This document shows positions 28,702-37,969 of a stretch of DNA of 64,000 nt, piece after piece; within the stretch, counting starts at the first letter, position 1; every line of letters begins with the position of its first letter. Where the stretch lies: NCBI GenBank assembly GCA_042218065.1, contig JBDGRL010000005.1:338-64337 (forward strand), written 5' to 3'. The stretch is from Candidatus Magasanikiibacteriota bacterium. GTDB taxonomy: Bacteria > Patescibacteriota > Patescibacteriia > Magasanikbacterales > UBA922. The notes beneath the pieces are model-generated. The model saw nothing but the letters and a program-made list of their open reading frames with translations, made no database searches and was not told where the DNA came from. The position numbers and the translations under genes were made by a program.

Positions 28702-30372
28702 CTAATTTACTACCTCACCTCCTAGAGCAGCTGCTATTTCTTCGACTTCTTCATCATCCTCATCTGTGCCCACAGTTACTTCCATCGAGACATCTTTATC
28801 GATAGCTGTGCAAAGAGCCTGCTTTACATGTTTTTGATTTTCTTTTTGTGTTAATTTTTCTTTGTGGAAGCCGTACTCGACCTCTATTTTAACTGTACCT
28901 TCTTCTGCTTCGACAGCTTGAGCCATTTTTAAGATAAAAACTAGAGAAGGGGAGCGATCTTCTATCTCTTCTATAAACTTATTCCAATTTTCTTTAGTTT
29001 CCTCTAGGAGTTGCTTATCCCCTTTATCTTTGGTTTCTTTTTCATTTTTATTCTCTCTATCTTGCTTTCTTTCTTGTGTTGATTCATTCTTTGAAGAGCT
29101 GGTGTCATCTTTTGCCTTTTGTGGTTGATTTGCGTTTGTTTGGTTGCTTTGTTTTGATTTTTGAGGTTCTTCATTTTTTTGTTCTGAGTTTTGGTCTTTA
29201 TTTTTGTTGGAAGAGGAGTCACTCTTTTTGGTTGTGTTAGGCTTTTTTGGGTTATTTTTAGAATCAGGACTATGGCTGCTGCTTGGTTCACACCACTGTA
29301 GTACCAGTAGTTCAATTGGCAGTTGTGGTAGAGGGGCTTGCTTAATTTCTTCTTTTCTTTCTAGGAACAGGTCTGCTAAGTCCACTATTTGATTGTAGCT
29401 AATTTTTTTCGTGTATTGCGTCAGTGTTTTTTTAACCTCTTTTGTAAAATCAACCCCAGCTCGGTTGCTCTTTGCTTCTGCTTTTTTCATCATCATAAAT
29501 CTAAGTAGCTCAATGCAGTCTAAAGTGAACTCAGGCATATGCACCCCTTCTTGGGCTAGCCTATTAACTTTTCTTAAGCCTTCTTTAGTATCTTCTTCTA
29601 GTAAAATATTAATAAATTCTAGTGCATCTTCATTTTTTGCTTTTGGTAAGATCAATGAAGCTGTTTCTTCAGTTATTTCTCCATCTTCACTAGTGGAGTT
29701 AAGCTGATCTAGTAGGCTGATACCATCTCGTATACACCCATCACTTTTATCTATGATTCTGTTTAGGATACTATCCGAAACTTCAATCTTTTCTTTTTCA
29801 GCTATTTTTTCTAAATGTTCCTTAAAAACTTCGTGTGGTATTTTTTTGAAGTCGAATCTCTGGCATCTAGAGACGATTGTATCTGGTAATTCTTCAGGTT
29901 CAGTAGTTGCTAATACAAATACTACATATTCAGGAGGTTCTTCCAGTGTTTTGAGTAGAGCATTGAAGGCGCTTTTAGAGAGCATGTGTACCTCGTCGAT
30001 AATGAACACTTTGTAGTCCAGTTTTGTAGGTTGGAATTGAGCGTTTTCTATTATTTGATCTCTTACATTCTGAACACCTGTGTGACTGGCTGCATCAATC
30101 TCAATTACATCGATTGACCTGGATTCGTTTATTTCTTTACAACATTGAGTAGAGTTGTCAGGCTCCACTTCGCTTCCTTCTTTGGTCGGGCAGTTTAGTG
30201 ATTTTGCCAATGTTCTAGCTGTAGTAGTTTTTCCTATACCCCGAGGTCCAGAAAAAAGATAAGCATGAGAGAAATCTCCTTCTTTTAGTTGGTTTTTAAG
30301 GGTTTTAGTAACGTGCTCTTGTCCTATAATTTCGGAAAAATTCTGGGGTCTGTAATCATGATAAAGTGCCAT
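28702..30372 (-). CDS. dnaX: DNA polymerase III subunit gamma/tau
   Basis: YRPQNF..IIGQ, GPRGIGKTT, EIDAAS, DEVHML, SRCQRF; low-complexity linker. Confidence 0.97.
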   Translation of the reverse strand: MALYHDYRPQNFSEIIGQEHVTKTLKNQLKEGDFSHAYLFSGPRGIGKTTTARTLAKSLNCPTKEGSEVEPDNSTQCCKEINESRSIDVIEIDAASHTGVQNVRDQIIENAQFQPTKLDYKVFIIDEVHMLSKSAFNALLKTLEEPPEYVVFVLATTEPEELPDTIVSRCQRFDFKKIPHEVFKEHLEKIAEKEKIEVSDSILNRIIDKSDGCIRDGISLLDQLNSTSEDGEITEETASLILPKAKNEDALEFINILLEEDTKEGLRKVNRLAQEGVHMPEFTLDCIELLRFMMMKKAEAKSNRAGVDFTKEVKKTLTQYTKKISYNQIVDLADLFLERKEEIKQAPLPQLPIELLVLQWCEPSSSHSPDSKNNPKKPNTTKKSDSSSNKNKDQNSEQKNEEPQKSKQSNQTNANQPQKAKDDTSSSKNESTQERKQDRENKNEKETKDKGDKQLLEETKENWNKFIEEIEDRSPSLVFILKMAQAVEAEEGTVKIEVEYGFHKEKLTQKENQKHVKQALCTAIDKDVSMEVTVGTDEDDEEVEEIAAALGGEVVN

Positions 30373-30537
30373 GTGATAAGTAGTTTCTAAAGTATTATGC
30401 AGAAATTATTATACACTAAGCTAATCTATTTTTCAATTTATTGCATCTTAATTTTATGTGTGGTATACTTATTTTAACCAAGCTTAAAGGCTTTAGCCTG
30501 TCAGTCTTTAGTTTTAATTAATTTTAATATTTATATC

Positions 30538-30801
30538 ATGGCTGACGACTCACCATTGATGAAGCCTATGGATTTATCTGATGAGCTTCAGGCGATCGTA
30601 GGCGAGGAATCACTGCCTAGAGGTCAAGTTATGAAGAAGGTTTGGGAGTATATTAAGTCCAATGACCTTCAGGTTGAGGAGAATAAGAGGCAGATTAAGG
30701 CAGACGATAAGCTCCGTCCTATTTTTGACGGACAAGACCAAATTAGTATGTTTGAGATGACCAAACTGGTTTCTCAGCACATGACTGATCCAGAAAAGTA
30801 A
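30538..30801 (+). CDS. SWIB/MDM2 domain protein
   Basis: LSDELQAIVG...PRGQVMKKVWEYIK.NDLQ...ADDKL..IF...ISMFEMTKLVSQH. Confidence 0.92.
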   Translation: MADDSPLMKPMDLSDELQAIVGEESLPRGQVMKKVWEYIKSNDLQVEENKRQIKADDKLRPIFDGQDQISMFEMTKLVSQHMTDPEK

Positions 30802-30824
30802 TTTCACAATTGGGATTAGAATTT

Positions 30825-30853
30825 AACAGACCCCTCTTCTTGGGGTCTGTTTT
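30825..30853. terminator. Intrinsic terminator between convergent genes
   Basis: AACAGACCCC/GGGGTCTGTT followed by T's. Confidence 0.7.
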
Positions 30854-30911
30854 ATTATATTTTGTGGTTTTTTGTGTTTTACTTTTAAAAATATTTTCAA
30901 TTAGTGTGATT

Positions 30912-32462
30912 TTATATTTTAAAAATAGTGAACTCCTCATTTTTAAAAATCTCGTGAATTTTTTTGTGTTTGTTCAAAGCTTTTAATAATAATTTGTCTT
31001 GGGTATTGTTTAGTACTATATAATCGACTCCCAAACTTTTGAAGCTTCTCTCAATCCTTTTAAGGTATGTTTTCATATCCTGCTGAATACACAGATTATT
31101 TTTAGGACAAGGTAAAGATTTTTTTGACAAATTAAACCAAAGCTGATACTTATTTTTGTTGTAGTTGTATGCAAAAACTGGATCGAATCCGGTTATATAC
31201 CTATTTTTTTGATTAAAGTAGAAAAATTCTGGAAAGTAAGACCAGTTGCTGAAAAATACAACTTCATCTTTTTTTGATTTTTCTTTCAAGAATAGAGAGG
31301 TCTGTCTAATTTGATCAAGTCGATCTTTGTCATTTGCTAATATTTTATCAACGGTAAGTGTTCCGTTTAAAAGCAAAAGAACTGATAGGAGTCCTATTAC
31401 CGAACCTTTTATTATTTTTTTGTATTTTATCTTTTTAGTATTAAGGTGGTCTAATTTTACTTCTGAAAAAATTGACGCAGAAAAGAAAACTGCAAAAGGG
31501 TGCCAGTATTCTATAGCTCTAGGTATAAACATCATTACGATAAACCAACCGCAACTAATTAGAAATAATGGCAAGAACTTTTTTAGCTTTTGATGATTAT
31601 ACGCCCCCATAAAAACAGCAGTTGCAACCATGAAAATAGCTAAAGAAAAATAGTTTTTAGTTATAAGCTCAAAGAAGCTATTTAAGTTAATTTCACTACC
31701 CGTAGGCAGTTGAATACCTGATAATTTCAGGTAGAATATTTCTATAATTTGGACATAGATCTGATGTAAATAGTTTAAAGATTTAGGGTGGAGTGTTATA
31801 CCTACAGACACCCCCACAAAAGAATAAAGCAGAGGCTTCCAATTAATACGAGTATTTTTTATCATTGAACTTACTAAAAAAGAGGCTGCTACAGGTATAG
31901 TAAAGACCCCCAAAGTATAGTATAAGGAATAAAAGGCAGACAATATTATCAGCAGCCACCACCTTTTTTCCTTCATGAGGTAGTATGAAAATAGAATCAA
32001 AGGTATAGCCAAGAGAAAAGACCGGATTAAGAAAAGCCTAGATAAGAATAGAGAAGAGGAGAGTAAAAAAAGTATAGTCCAAACATGAGGTCTTTTAATT
32101 TTATTTACCCTTAGGAGAAAATAAAAACTGGAGACGATTACAGCTGACATTAAAGAGCCTAGTATCTTAAAGCCCAACTCTTTACCGAATAGAGCAATAA
32201 ACTCTCCTCCCATTTTATGAAAGAGGAAGTAGGGATCTACAGTATAATCAGAAGAGAAAAAATGTAATTTGATCCAGTTTTGAGTATAATAAAGTTTGTC
32301 TTGATAAAATACGCTGTGGGTGGCGTGGTAATATGGGTCTGAACCAAAAAACCCTTCTAAATTAATATGAACTGCTAAAAAGAACAAGAAAGAAATTAAA
32401 AACCAGGCAAATATAAAAAAGTAGTCTCTTTTACTAAAAATTTTTTTTATTTTAGAAGACAT
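30912..32462 (-). CDS. Polytopic membrane protein, probable GT-C fold glycosyltransferase
   Basis: About 11 TM helices, DPYYH in first loop, soluble C-terminal domain with GFDPVF. Confidence 0.6.
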   Translation of the reverse strand: MSSKIKKIFSKRDYFFIFAWFLISFLFFLAVHINLEGFFGSDPYYHATHSVFYQDKLYYTQNWIKLHFFSSDYTVDPYFLFHKMGGEFIALFGKELGFKILGSLMSAVIVSSFYFLLRVNKIKRPHVWTILFLLSSSLFLSRLFLIRSFLLAIPLILFSYYLMKEKRWWLLIILSAFYSLYYTLGVFTIPVAASFLVSSMIKNTRINWKPLLYSFVGVSVGITLHPKSLNYLHQIYVQIIEIFYLKLSGIQLPTGSEINLNSFFELITKNYFSLAIFMVATAVFMGAYNHQKLKKFLPLFLISCGWFIVMMFIPRAIEYWHPFAVFFSASIFSEVKLDHLNTKKIKYKKIIKGSVIGLLSVLLLLNGTLTVDKILANDKDRLDQIRQTSLFLKEKSKKDEVVFFSNWSYFPEFFYFNQKNRYITGFDPVFAYNYNKNKYQLWFNLSKKSLPCPKNNLCIQQDMKTYLKRIERSFKSLGVDYIVLNNTQDKLLLKALNKHKKIHEIFKNEEFTIFKI

Positions 32463-33114
32463 TTTCTACTGCAGCCCAGTTACTTTTGGCGTGCTTGGGT
32501 ACCAATATCACCACCTTGTCTCCTTCATTTATATTTTTCTTTTCTACGAAATCTTCCCTTACCTGAAACTGTTTAGAGTCTGTTTCTACTCTATAGTGGT
32601 CATTGTAGCTTAATGTTCCAATTAATCTTTTCTTTTCGACACACTCTACAGTTTCGTAACTGTATGAACCATCGTCTTTGACTTTTAAATTGAGCAGATC
32701 ACCTTCTACTAGCTTTTTCTGGTCAGCGAACTCGTAAGGCACTTCATATTTATTAGTGTCAGAACCGATCATATATTTTCCATCAAATACACCTTCAAGT
32801 TCATCTACTATCTGTGGTTCATTTTCATTTATTTCCTGCTGAGAGTTTTGCTGTAGTAGTGTTATTATTTTATCTAGCTTATTTGCTATCTGATCTAGTT
32901 TATTATTAAGATTTTTATTCTGCTTTAGTTCAGCCTTTTTTTCTTTTTTGTCTTTTTCAGTAGATTTAGGTGTTTCTGTGCTCTGTATCTTTTGTTTAAT
33001 TTTACCTTTTTTGTCTGTTTTTTGTTTTTTTGTTTTATTATTTTGATCCGAATTATTTGAGGCTTTAGGCAGGTCGTCAGAATTTTCTTGCATGATTTCA
33101 GATATAGAATCCAT
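32452..33114 (-). CDS. Conserved CPR hypothetical protein
   Basis: Charged N-terminus; C-terminal EGVFDG..MIG..Y.VP..A...LVEGD.L.L...AAVENV. Confidence 0.7.
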   Translation of the reverse strand: MDSISEIMQENSDDLPKASNNSDQNNKTKKQKTDKKGKIKQKIQSTETPKSTEKDKKEKKAELKQNKNLNNKLDQIANKLDKIITLLQQNSQQEINENEPQIVDELEGVFDGKYMIGSDTNKYEVPYEFADQKKLVEGDLLNLKVKDDGSYSYETVECVEKKRLIGTLSYNDHYRVETDSKQFQVREDFVEKKNINEGDKVVILVPKHAKSNWAAVENVF

Positions 33115-33136
33115 AGTATTTTATTAATTGTTAATT

Positions 33137-35746
33137 TTATAAAGATGGTTCGGAAAGATCTTTTTCGCCTTGGTCATTTTTACCTAGTTGAGTTCTTTCT
33201 AGTATCTCTTGTTCTACTATTTCACGATCCCTACCATATTTTAATCTCGATAATTCTTTTATTGATTCAGCCATTTCTTCATTTCCTTCTTCTGGTGGTG
33301 GTGCACCCATCAGAAATGGTTTTGTGGGATTGGTATCGACTATTAATTTAGTGTACCAGTGGTACTTAGGTGGTTTGATGAGATCTTGAGATCCAAATGT
33401 TGGGGCAAACTCTTTTGCTAGTATTTCAGCATCATCAGGTCCTATTCTACCAGACATAATTGAGCCGACGTTCCCCAGTACTGCATCTCTGACTGATGTA
33501 TCACCTTGCTCATCTTCTAACTGTCCCATGTATTGGTGTGCCATAATTAAAGACAATCTATATTTTCTTGCCTCAGAGAGAATTGTGGATATAGATTCGG
33601 TGACAAAGTTTTGGAACTCGTCTATATATAGGTAAAAATCATTTCTTTCTTCTTCAGGCATATCAGCTCGTGCCAACGCAACCATTTGTAGTTTTGCTAC
33701 AAAGATCAGCCCCAGTAGTTTTGCATTTACCTCGCCGGTTTTACCTTTAGCAAGGTTGATTATAAGAATTTTACCTTCGTCCATTGCTTCTCTAAAGTCG
33801 AAACTAGACTCTTGTTGGCCCAGTATGTTTCTCATCATTTTATTTTCTGCAAATCTACCTACCTTAGAAATTACATACCCCAGCATTTCTGATTTATGGT
33901 AGTCAGAGGTTTGTTCCATTTCTTCTTCCCAGTAGTTCCTTACTACCGGGTCGTCAAGATCATCCATAAACTCATCTACATAATCTTCATCAGAGAACAT
34001 TCGTGGTATATCTATAACGGTTCCCGGGTTGTCTAAGTCAGCCATTAGGGTAAGCATGCAGTTTCTCATATGGTGTTCAAACATCGGTCCGATCATATCC
34101 GGGGGGAAAAGTTCATAAAAAATACTTACCATTCCTTGCACTGCGAGATCTTTTTGTTCTTCGTTGTCAGCCTCAAGCATGTTTATCCCCATAGGTCGTT
34201 CCATATCTGCCGGATTGAAGTAAATTACATCATCCGCTCTTTCTTTTGGTACAAAACTCAAGGCTTTTTCAGCCAAATCACCGTGAGGGTCTACCACACC
34301 ACAGCCATTACCGTTTCTAATGTCCTGTTTGACCATGTTTTCTATATGAACCGTTTTACCACTTCCGGTTTTTCCTATCATGTAAAGATGTCTTCTCCTG
34401 TCTGATTTTTTGATGTACACATCTTCTTCTTCCCCACGATAGTCTACAAAACCAACTTTTAATCCGGTTTTTGGGATATTTGACGGAGGTGCAGATCTTC
34501 TACCAGTCAGCCAATCTATATTTGGAGCTTCAGTAGAAGGTAGAGGTAGGTGCCATAGAGAGGCCATCTCCTCAGTATTAGCAACAAAAGCTTGTTTTTC
34601 TTTAAATGATCTGTATATATAATCTCTTATCACCTTTTTCTGTTTTTTTGGTATATATGCTTCTAGGTTATTGCCGTACTGATATATATTGTATTGACCG
34701 AAAGCATTTAAAATGTTGTCTAAATTGTTTCTGGCAGTTTCTTCTGTATCTGCTGCGCTAATTACTCTAAGAGTAGTTTCTAAACCTCCTTTAGATATTT
34801 TTTCTTCAATACCTTCCAATAATTCTTGTTCCTTAGATGATGGTTGATAATTATCATCTTGTTTCTGTTGGTTTTCAGGGGATTTGGCTTGCTGAAATAA
34901 TTCATGGCCTATTACTTTTAAGCCATCTAAAATCTTATCAACTATAGTTTTATTGGCAACTTTTTCTATTTTTTCACCTTTTTTTACTTCTCTAACTACA
35001 CTTTTCCCTTTTTTCCTCCACTTGTTTCTTGATGGTCTTACTACAAATTGAATTGCTGCACTAGCGTTAGCAGTTTGTATGCTTGATAATGGGTTTAATA
35101 GTGAATCCAAAGGGTCTGATTCTAGGTCTTGGTAAGTTTTAAGAGGGAAGTAGTCTGGTTTTTCTGTATTTAGATAGGCACCTAAAATATGACTATCTTT
35201 ATGGAAAATATTATAATCAGCAACTTCTTCAATTTTTGCGTCCGGATATTGGCTGAAAACTTGTTGTTTTATGAAATCTTTTTTCTCAACTGGTACATCA
35301 ATGTAAAATTTGATTAGCTGATTTTCTACAACTATTTCTAGTGAGAAATCGTCTCTTTTTCCTGTAAACCAGTTTATTATTTTACTAAAGAACCCTCCTG
35401 TAGATAAGCTAGCAATAGCAGAGAAGAAGGTTTCTGCAACTGCAATATCTTCCTTCACTTGTTCTAACCTTTCATCCTCTTCTACTTTTCCGCCTTCACC
35501 TTCTGATTTTTTTGTAGATGGGACTAATATTTGAAGTGCAACGGTATTAAAGGACTTGGCTTTTTGGTATTTTTTATACAATATCGCTCTTAAAATGAAA
35601 GCAATCCCTACTAATATTGCGATTATAATCAATCCTATTACAAACCAAGTAAAATAAACTGATTCGGTAATACTTTGGGTAAAACCCGCAAAAGTAAGAG
35701 ACTGGTTATTTGGTTGAGCTGTAAATTGAATTAGTAGAGTTAACAT
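33137..35746 (-). CDS. VirD4/TraD-like type IV coupling ATPase (CPR type)
   Basis: N-terminal TM; DRRRHLYMIGKTGSGKT Walker A; DPHGD; LYIDEFQNF; SEARKYRL..AHQY..QL. Confidence 0.9.
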   Translation of the reverse strand: MLTLLIQFTAQPNNQSLTFAGFTQSITESVYFTWFVIGLIIIAILVGIAFILRAILYKKYQKAKSFNTVALQILVPSTKKSEGEGGKVEEDERLEQVKEDIAVAETFFSAIASLSTGGFFSKIINWFTGKRDDFSLEIVVENQLIKFYIDVPVEKKDFIKQQVFSQYPDAKIEEVADYNIFHKDSHILGAYLNTEKPDYFPLKTYQDLESDPLDSLLNPLSSIQTANASAAIQFVVRPSRNKWRKKGKSVVREVKKGEKIEKVANKTIVDKILDGLKVIGHELFQQAKSPENQQKQDDNYQPSSKEQELLEGIEEKISKGGLETTLRVISAADTEETARNNLDNILNAFGQYNIYQYGNNLEAYIPKKQKKVIRDYIYRSFKEKQAFVANTEEMASLWHLPLPSTEAPNIDWLTGRRSAPPSNIPKTGLKVGFVDYRGEEEDVYIKKSDRRRHLYMIGKTGSGKTVHIENMVKQDIRNGNGCGVVDPHGDLAEKALSFVPKERADDVIYFNPADMERPMGINMLEADNEEQKDLAVQGMVSIFYELFPPDMIGPMFEHHMRNCMLTLMADLDNPGTVIDIPRMFSDEDYVDEFMDDLDDPVVRNYWEEEMEQTSDYHKSEMLGYVISKVGRFAENKMMRNILGQQESSFDFREAMDEGKILIINLAKGKTGEVNAKLLGLIFVAKLQMVALARADMPEEERNDFYLYIDEFQNFVTESISTILSEARKYRLSLIMAHQYMGQLEDEQGDTSVRDAVLGNVGSIMSGRIGPDDAEILAKEFAPTFGSQDLIKPPKYHWYTKLIVDTNPTKPFLMGAPPPEEGNEEMAESIKELSRLKYGRDREIVEQEILERTQLGKNDQGEKDLSEPSL

Positions 35747-35776
35747 CTTTGGCTATGGACTAAATTTAGAGAGTGT

Positions 35777-36355
35777 TTATCCTTCTTTTATATTTATATC
35801 TTTCTTCTCCTCTGATTTTTCTGGTTTTTGTGTTTGTTCTAGCTTTACTATCTTGTCAGCTTTTATCTTTGCTTCTTGTTCCAAGAAATACTTATTTACT
35901 CCTGGTAGGGTTTTGAGCCACTCAAAAATTAGCTGAAAAATTTTTTTTACTTTTGCTTTTCCTTGTTTAATTAGGTTTCTAATCTTTTGAGCAGTTTCTT
36001 CCCCTTTCATTTTAAACTCTTGTTGTTGCACTGGTGTCAATTCCTTGTATGCATCTTCTAAATCCTGTTCAAGGATGCTTTCTATTTCTTCGGTTAACTC
36101 ATCTTTTTGTCTGGGTTTTTTTACTGAACTACCTCCTTTCTTTTTTTGTTTCTTTTGTATTCCGGCTCTTGTTTTTTGAACTTCCTCTTGCTTTTTTGGA
36201 GACTCTTGCTCTTTTTCTTCTTGTTTTTCTTTCTTTTCTTTGGTTTTTGGTTCCTCAGTTTGTTCTTTTGGGGGTTGCTCACCTCCTTCTCTTTCTGTTT
36301 TATTTGTTTCCTCCGGCTTTTGTTGTGTTTCTTTAGTTGAGTCTTGTTGAGGCAT
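35777..36355 (-). CDS. Hypothetical protein (CPR-conserved C-terminus)
   Basis: Charged N-terminus; IESILE..L..AY..L...FK.KGEETA..LPGVNKYFLEQEAKIKADKI. Confidence 0.7.
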   Translation of the reverse strand: MPQQDSTKETQQKPEETNKTEREGGEQPPKEQTEEPKTKEKKEKQEEKEQESPKKQEEVQKTRAGIQKKQKKKGGSSVKKPRQKDELTEEIESILEQDLEDAYKELTPVQQQEFKMKGEETAQKIRNLIKQGKAKVKKIFQLIFEWLKTLPGVNKYFLEQEAKIKADKIVKLEQTQKPEKSEEKKDINIKEG

Positions 36356-36512
36356 AAGATTGAGTATATGATTGATGTATAGTATATCACAAAAAAGTCT
36401 TAATTCTAATTTTGAAAATGAGAAATGTTAAGTGATATTTTAAAAATAGAGTTTGGTACTTCCTAAGCTTTACTAGTCAGATAAGTTGATTGTTCCAGTT
36501 TGTGGGTGTTTA

Positions 36513-37379
36513 CTATTCCATTTTAGTGACCCAATGACGGTTATATTCTACCTCAAGATCAAGATATATTTTTTTATTCAAAGCATATTCTAATTCTTTT
36601 CTAGCCATTCTTCCTATTTGCTTTATTTTTTGTCCGTTTTCTCCTATTAACATACTCTTGTGATTCTCTTTGTTTGTTATTATTCGTGCTTCTATTACAA
36701 ACATATCCTTACCTTCTTCGTCTTCTTTTAATTCTATTTTATCTACTTTAGCTGTAGTTGAATAAGGTATCTCTTGGCGCATAGCATCATAAATTTTTTC
36801 TCTCAGAATCTCTTCTACCCATACCTCTTTGGTGATATTAGTTAGCTGATCTTCCGGGTATAGTTTTTCTCCTTCCGGAAGCAACTTCATTATTTCTTTT
36901 TTTAGTGGGTCTAATCCTTTATTTTGTTTGGCTGAAACTTCGAATGTGGCTTCAAAATTAGGCTCCCATATTTTATAATCTTGTCTGTATTTTATGTTTT
37001 CCTTTCCAACATCCATTTTGTTGACCACCATTATTTTTGGTTTGTCCAAATGTCTTACCATTCCATAAACTGTTCTTTCTTCATCTCCTATTTTTCTAGT
37101 TGGGTCTACCACATACAGTATCAGATCCACACCTTCAGTAGCTTCTTCAGCTTTCTCTTTCAACTTTGAGTTGAGCTGAGTTTTCGCTCCTTTAAATACT
37201 CCCGGAGTATCTATAAATACTGCCTGGCCTTCATCAGTATTCATAACACCATGCAGGTGATGTCTAGTTAATTGTGGTGTGTTGCTCGTAGCTGCAATTT
37301 TTCTCCCCACTAGTGCATTCATCAAAGTAGATTTTCCAACATTTGATCTACCAATTATTGAAACTAGTCCTGATTTCAT
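36513..37379 (-). CDS. era: GTPase Era
   Basis: GRSNVGKST, DTPG, NKMD, KH domain with EIPY and IGENG. Confidence 0.96.
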   Translation of the reverse strand: MKSGLVSIIGRSNVGKSTLMNALVGRKIAATSNTPQLTRHHLHGVMNTDEGQAVFIDTPGVFKGAKTQLNSKLKEKAEEATEGVDLILYVVDPTRKIGDEERTVYGMVRHLDKPKIMVVNKMDVGKENIKYRQDYKIWEPNFEATFEVSAKQNKGLDPLKKEIMKLLPEGEKLYPEDQLTNITKEVWVEEILREKIYDAMRQEIPYSTTAKVDKIELKEDEEGKDMFVIEARIITNKENHKSMLIGENGQKIKQIGRMARKELEYALNKKIYLDLEVEYNRHWVTKME

Positions 37380-37515
37380 TTTTATTTATATTTAGTTTAA
37401 TTTTTTGTTAATACAAACACTATAGTAGCATTTTTTTGGTAATTTTACAAGTTCGTGATAAGATTTAAGTGAAGCTATGTTTATTATTTTATTCGGTTAA
37501 AGAAATTATAAACTT

Positions 37516-37962
37516 ATGAAAGTTATATTAACAGAAAGAGTAAAGGAGCAGGGCGAAAAGGGGGATGTTGTAGAAGTTAGCGCTGGTTATGCTAGGAACT
37601 ACTTAATTCCTAATAATTTAGCAAAACCTGCTTCAGATGAAAACATATCTGAGATTAAACAAAAAAGGAAAGAAGAAAAGAAGCAGGAAAATAAGAAACA
37701 TGAGCAGGCACAAAAAAGGTATTCTAGGCTAAATGGGGCTACTATAAATTTACAAAAGCCCGCTAATGAGGATGGCGGTTTGTACGCTTCTGTAAGCAAG
37801 GAAGATGTAGTCCAGTCTATAAAAGATTTTTGTGGCATAAAGCTAAGACAAGATCAAATCGAGTTTCCTCAAGAGATTAAAAGTACAGGTTCTAGTAAAG
37901 TTGAGGTAGCTTTGGCGGATGATAGTCGTGCTGAGTTAAATTTAAACATACAGCCTCAATAA
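37516..37962 (+). CDS. rplI: 50S ribosomal protein L9
   Basis: MKVIL...GDVVEVSAGYARNYLIP, LYASV. Confidence 0.96.
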   Translation: MKVILTERVKEQGEKGDVVEVSAGYARNYLIPNNLAKPASDENISEIKQKRKEEKKQENKKHEQAQKRYSRLNGATINLQKPANEDGGLYASVSKEDVVQSIKDFCGIKLRQDQIEFPQEIKSTGSSKVEVALADDSRAELNLNIQPQ

Positions 37963-37969
37963 TTTAATC

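Noticed and set aside
29000-29290. Programmed frameshift or insertion in dnaX
   Set aside because: The region is a low-complexity linker in a continuous ORF; no clear slippery site with a stimulatory hairpin was identified.
33137-35746. Conjugative element
   Set aside because: No relaxase, VirB4, integrase or boundaries; flanked by housekeeping genes.
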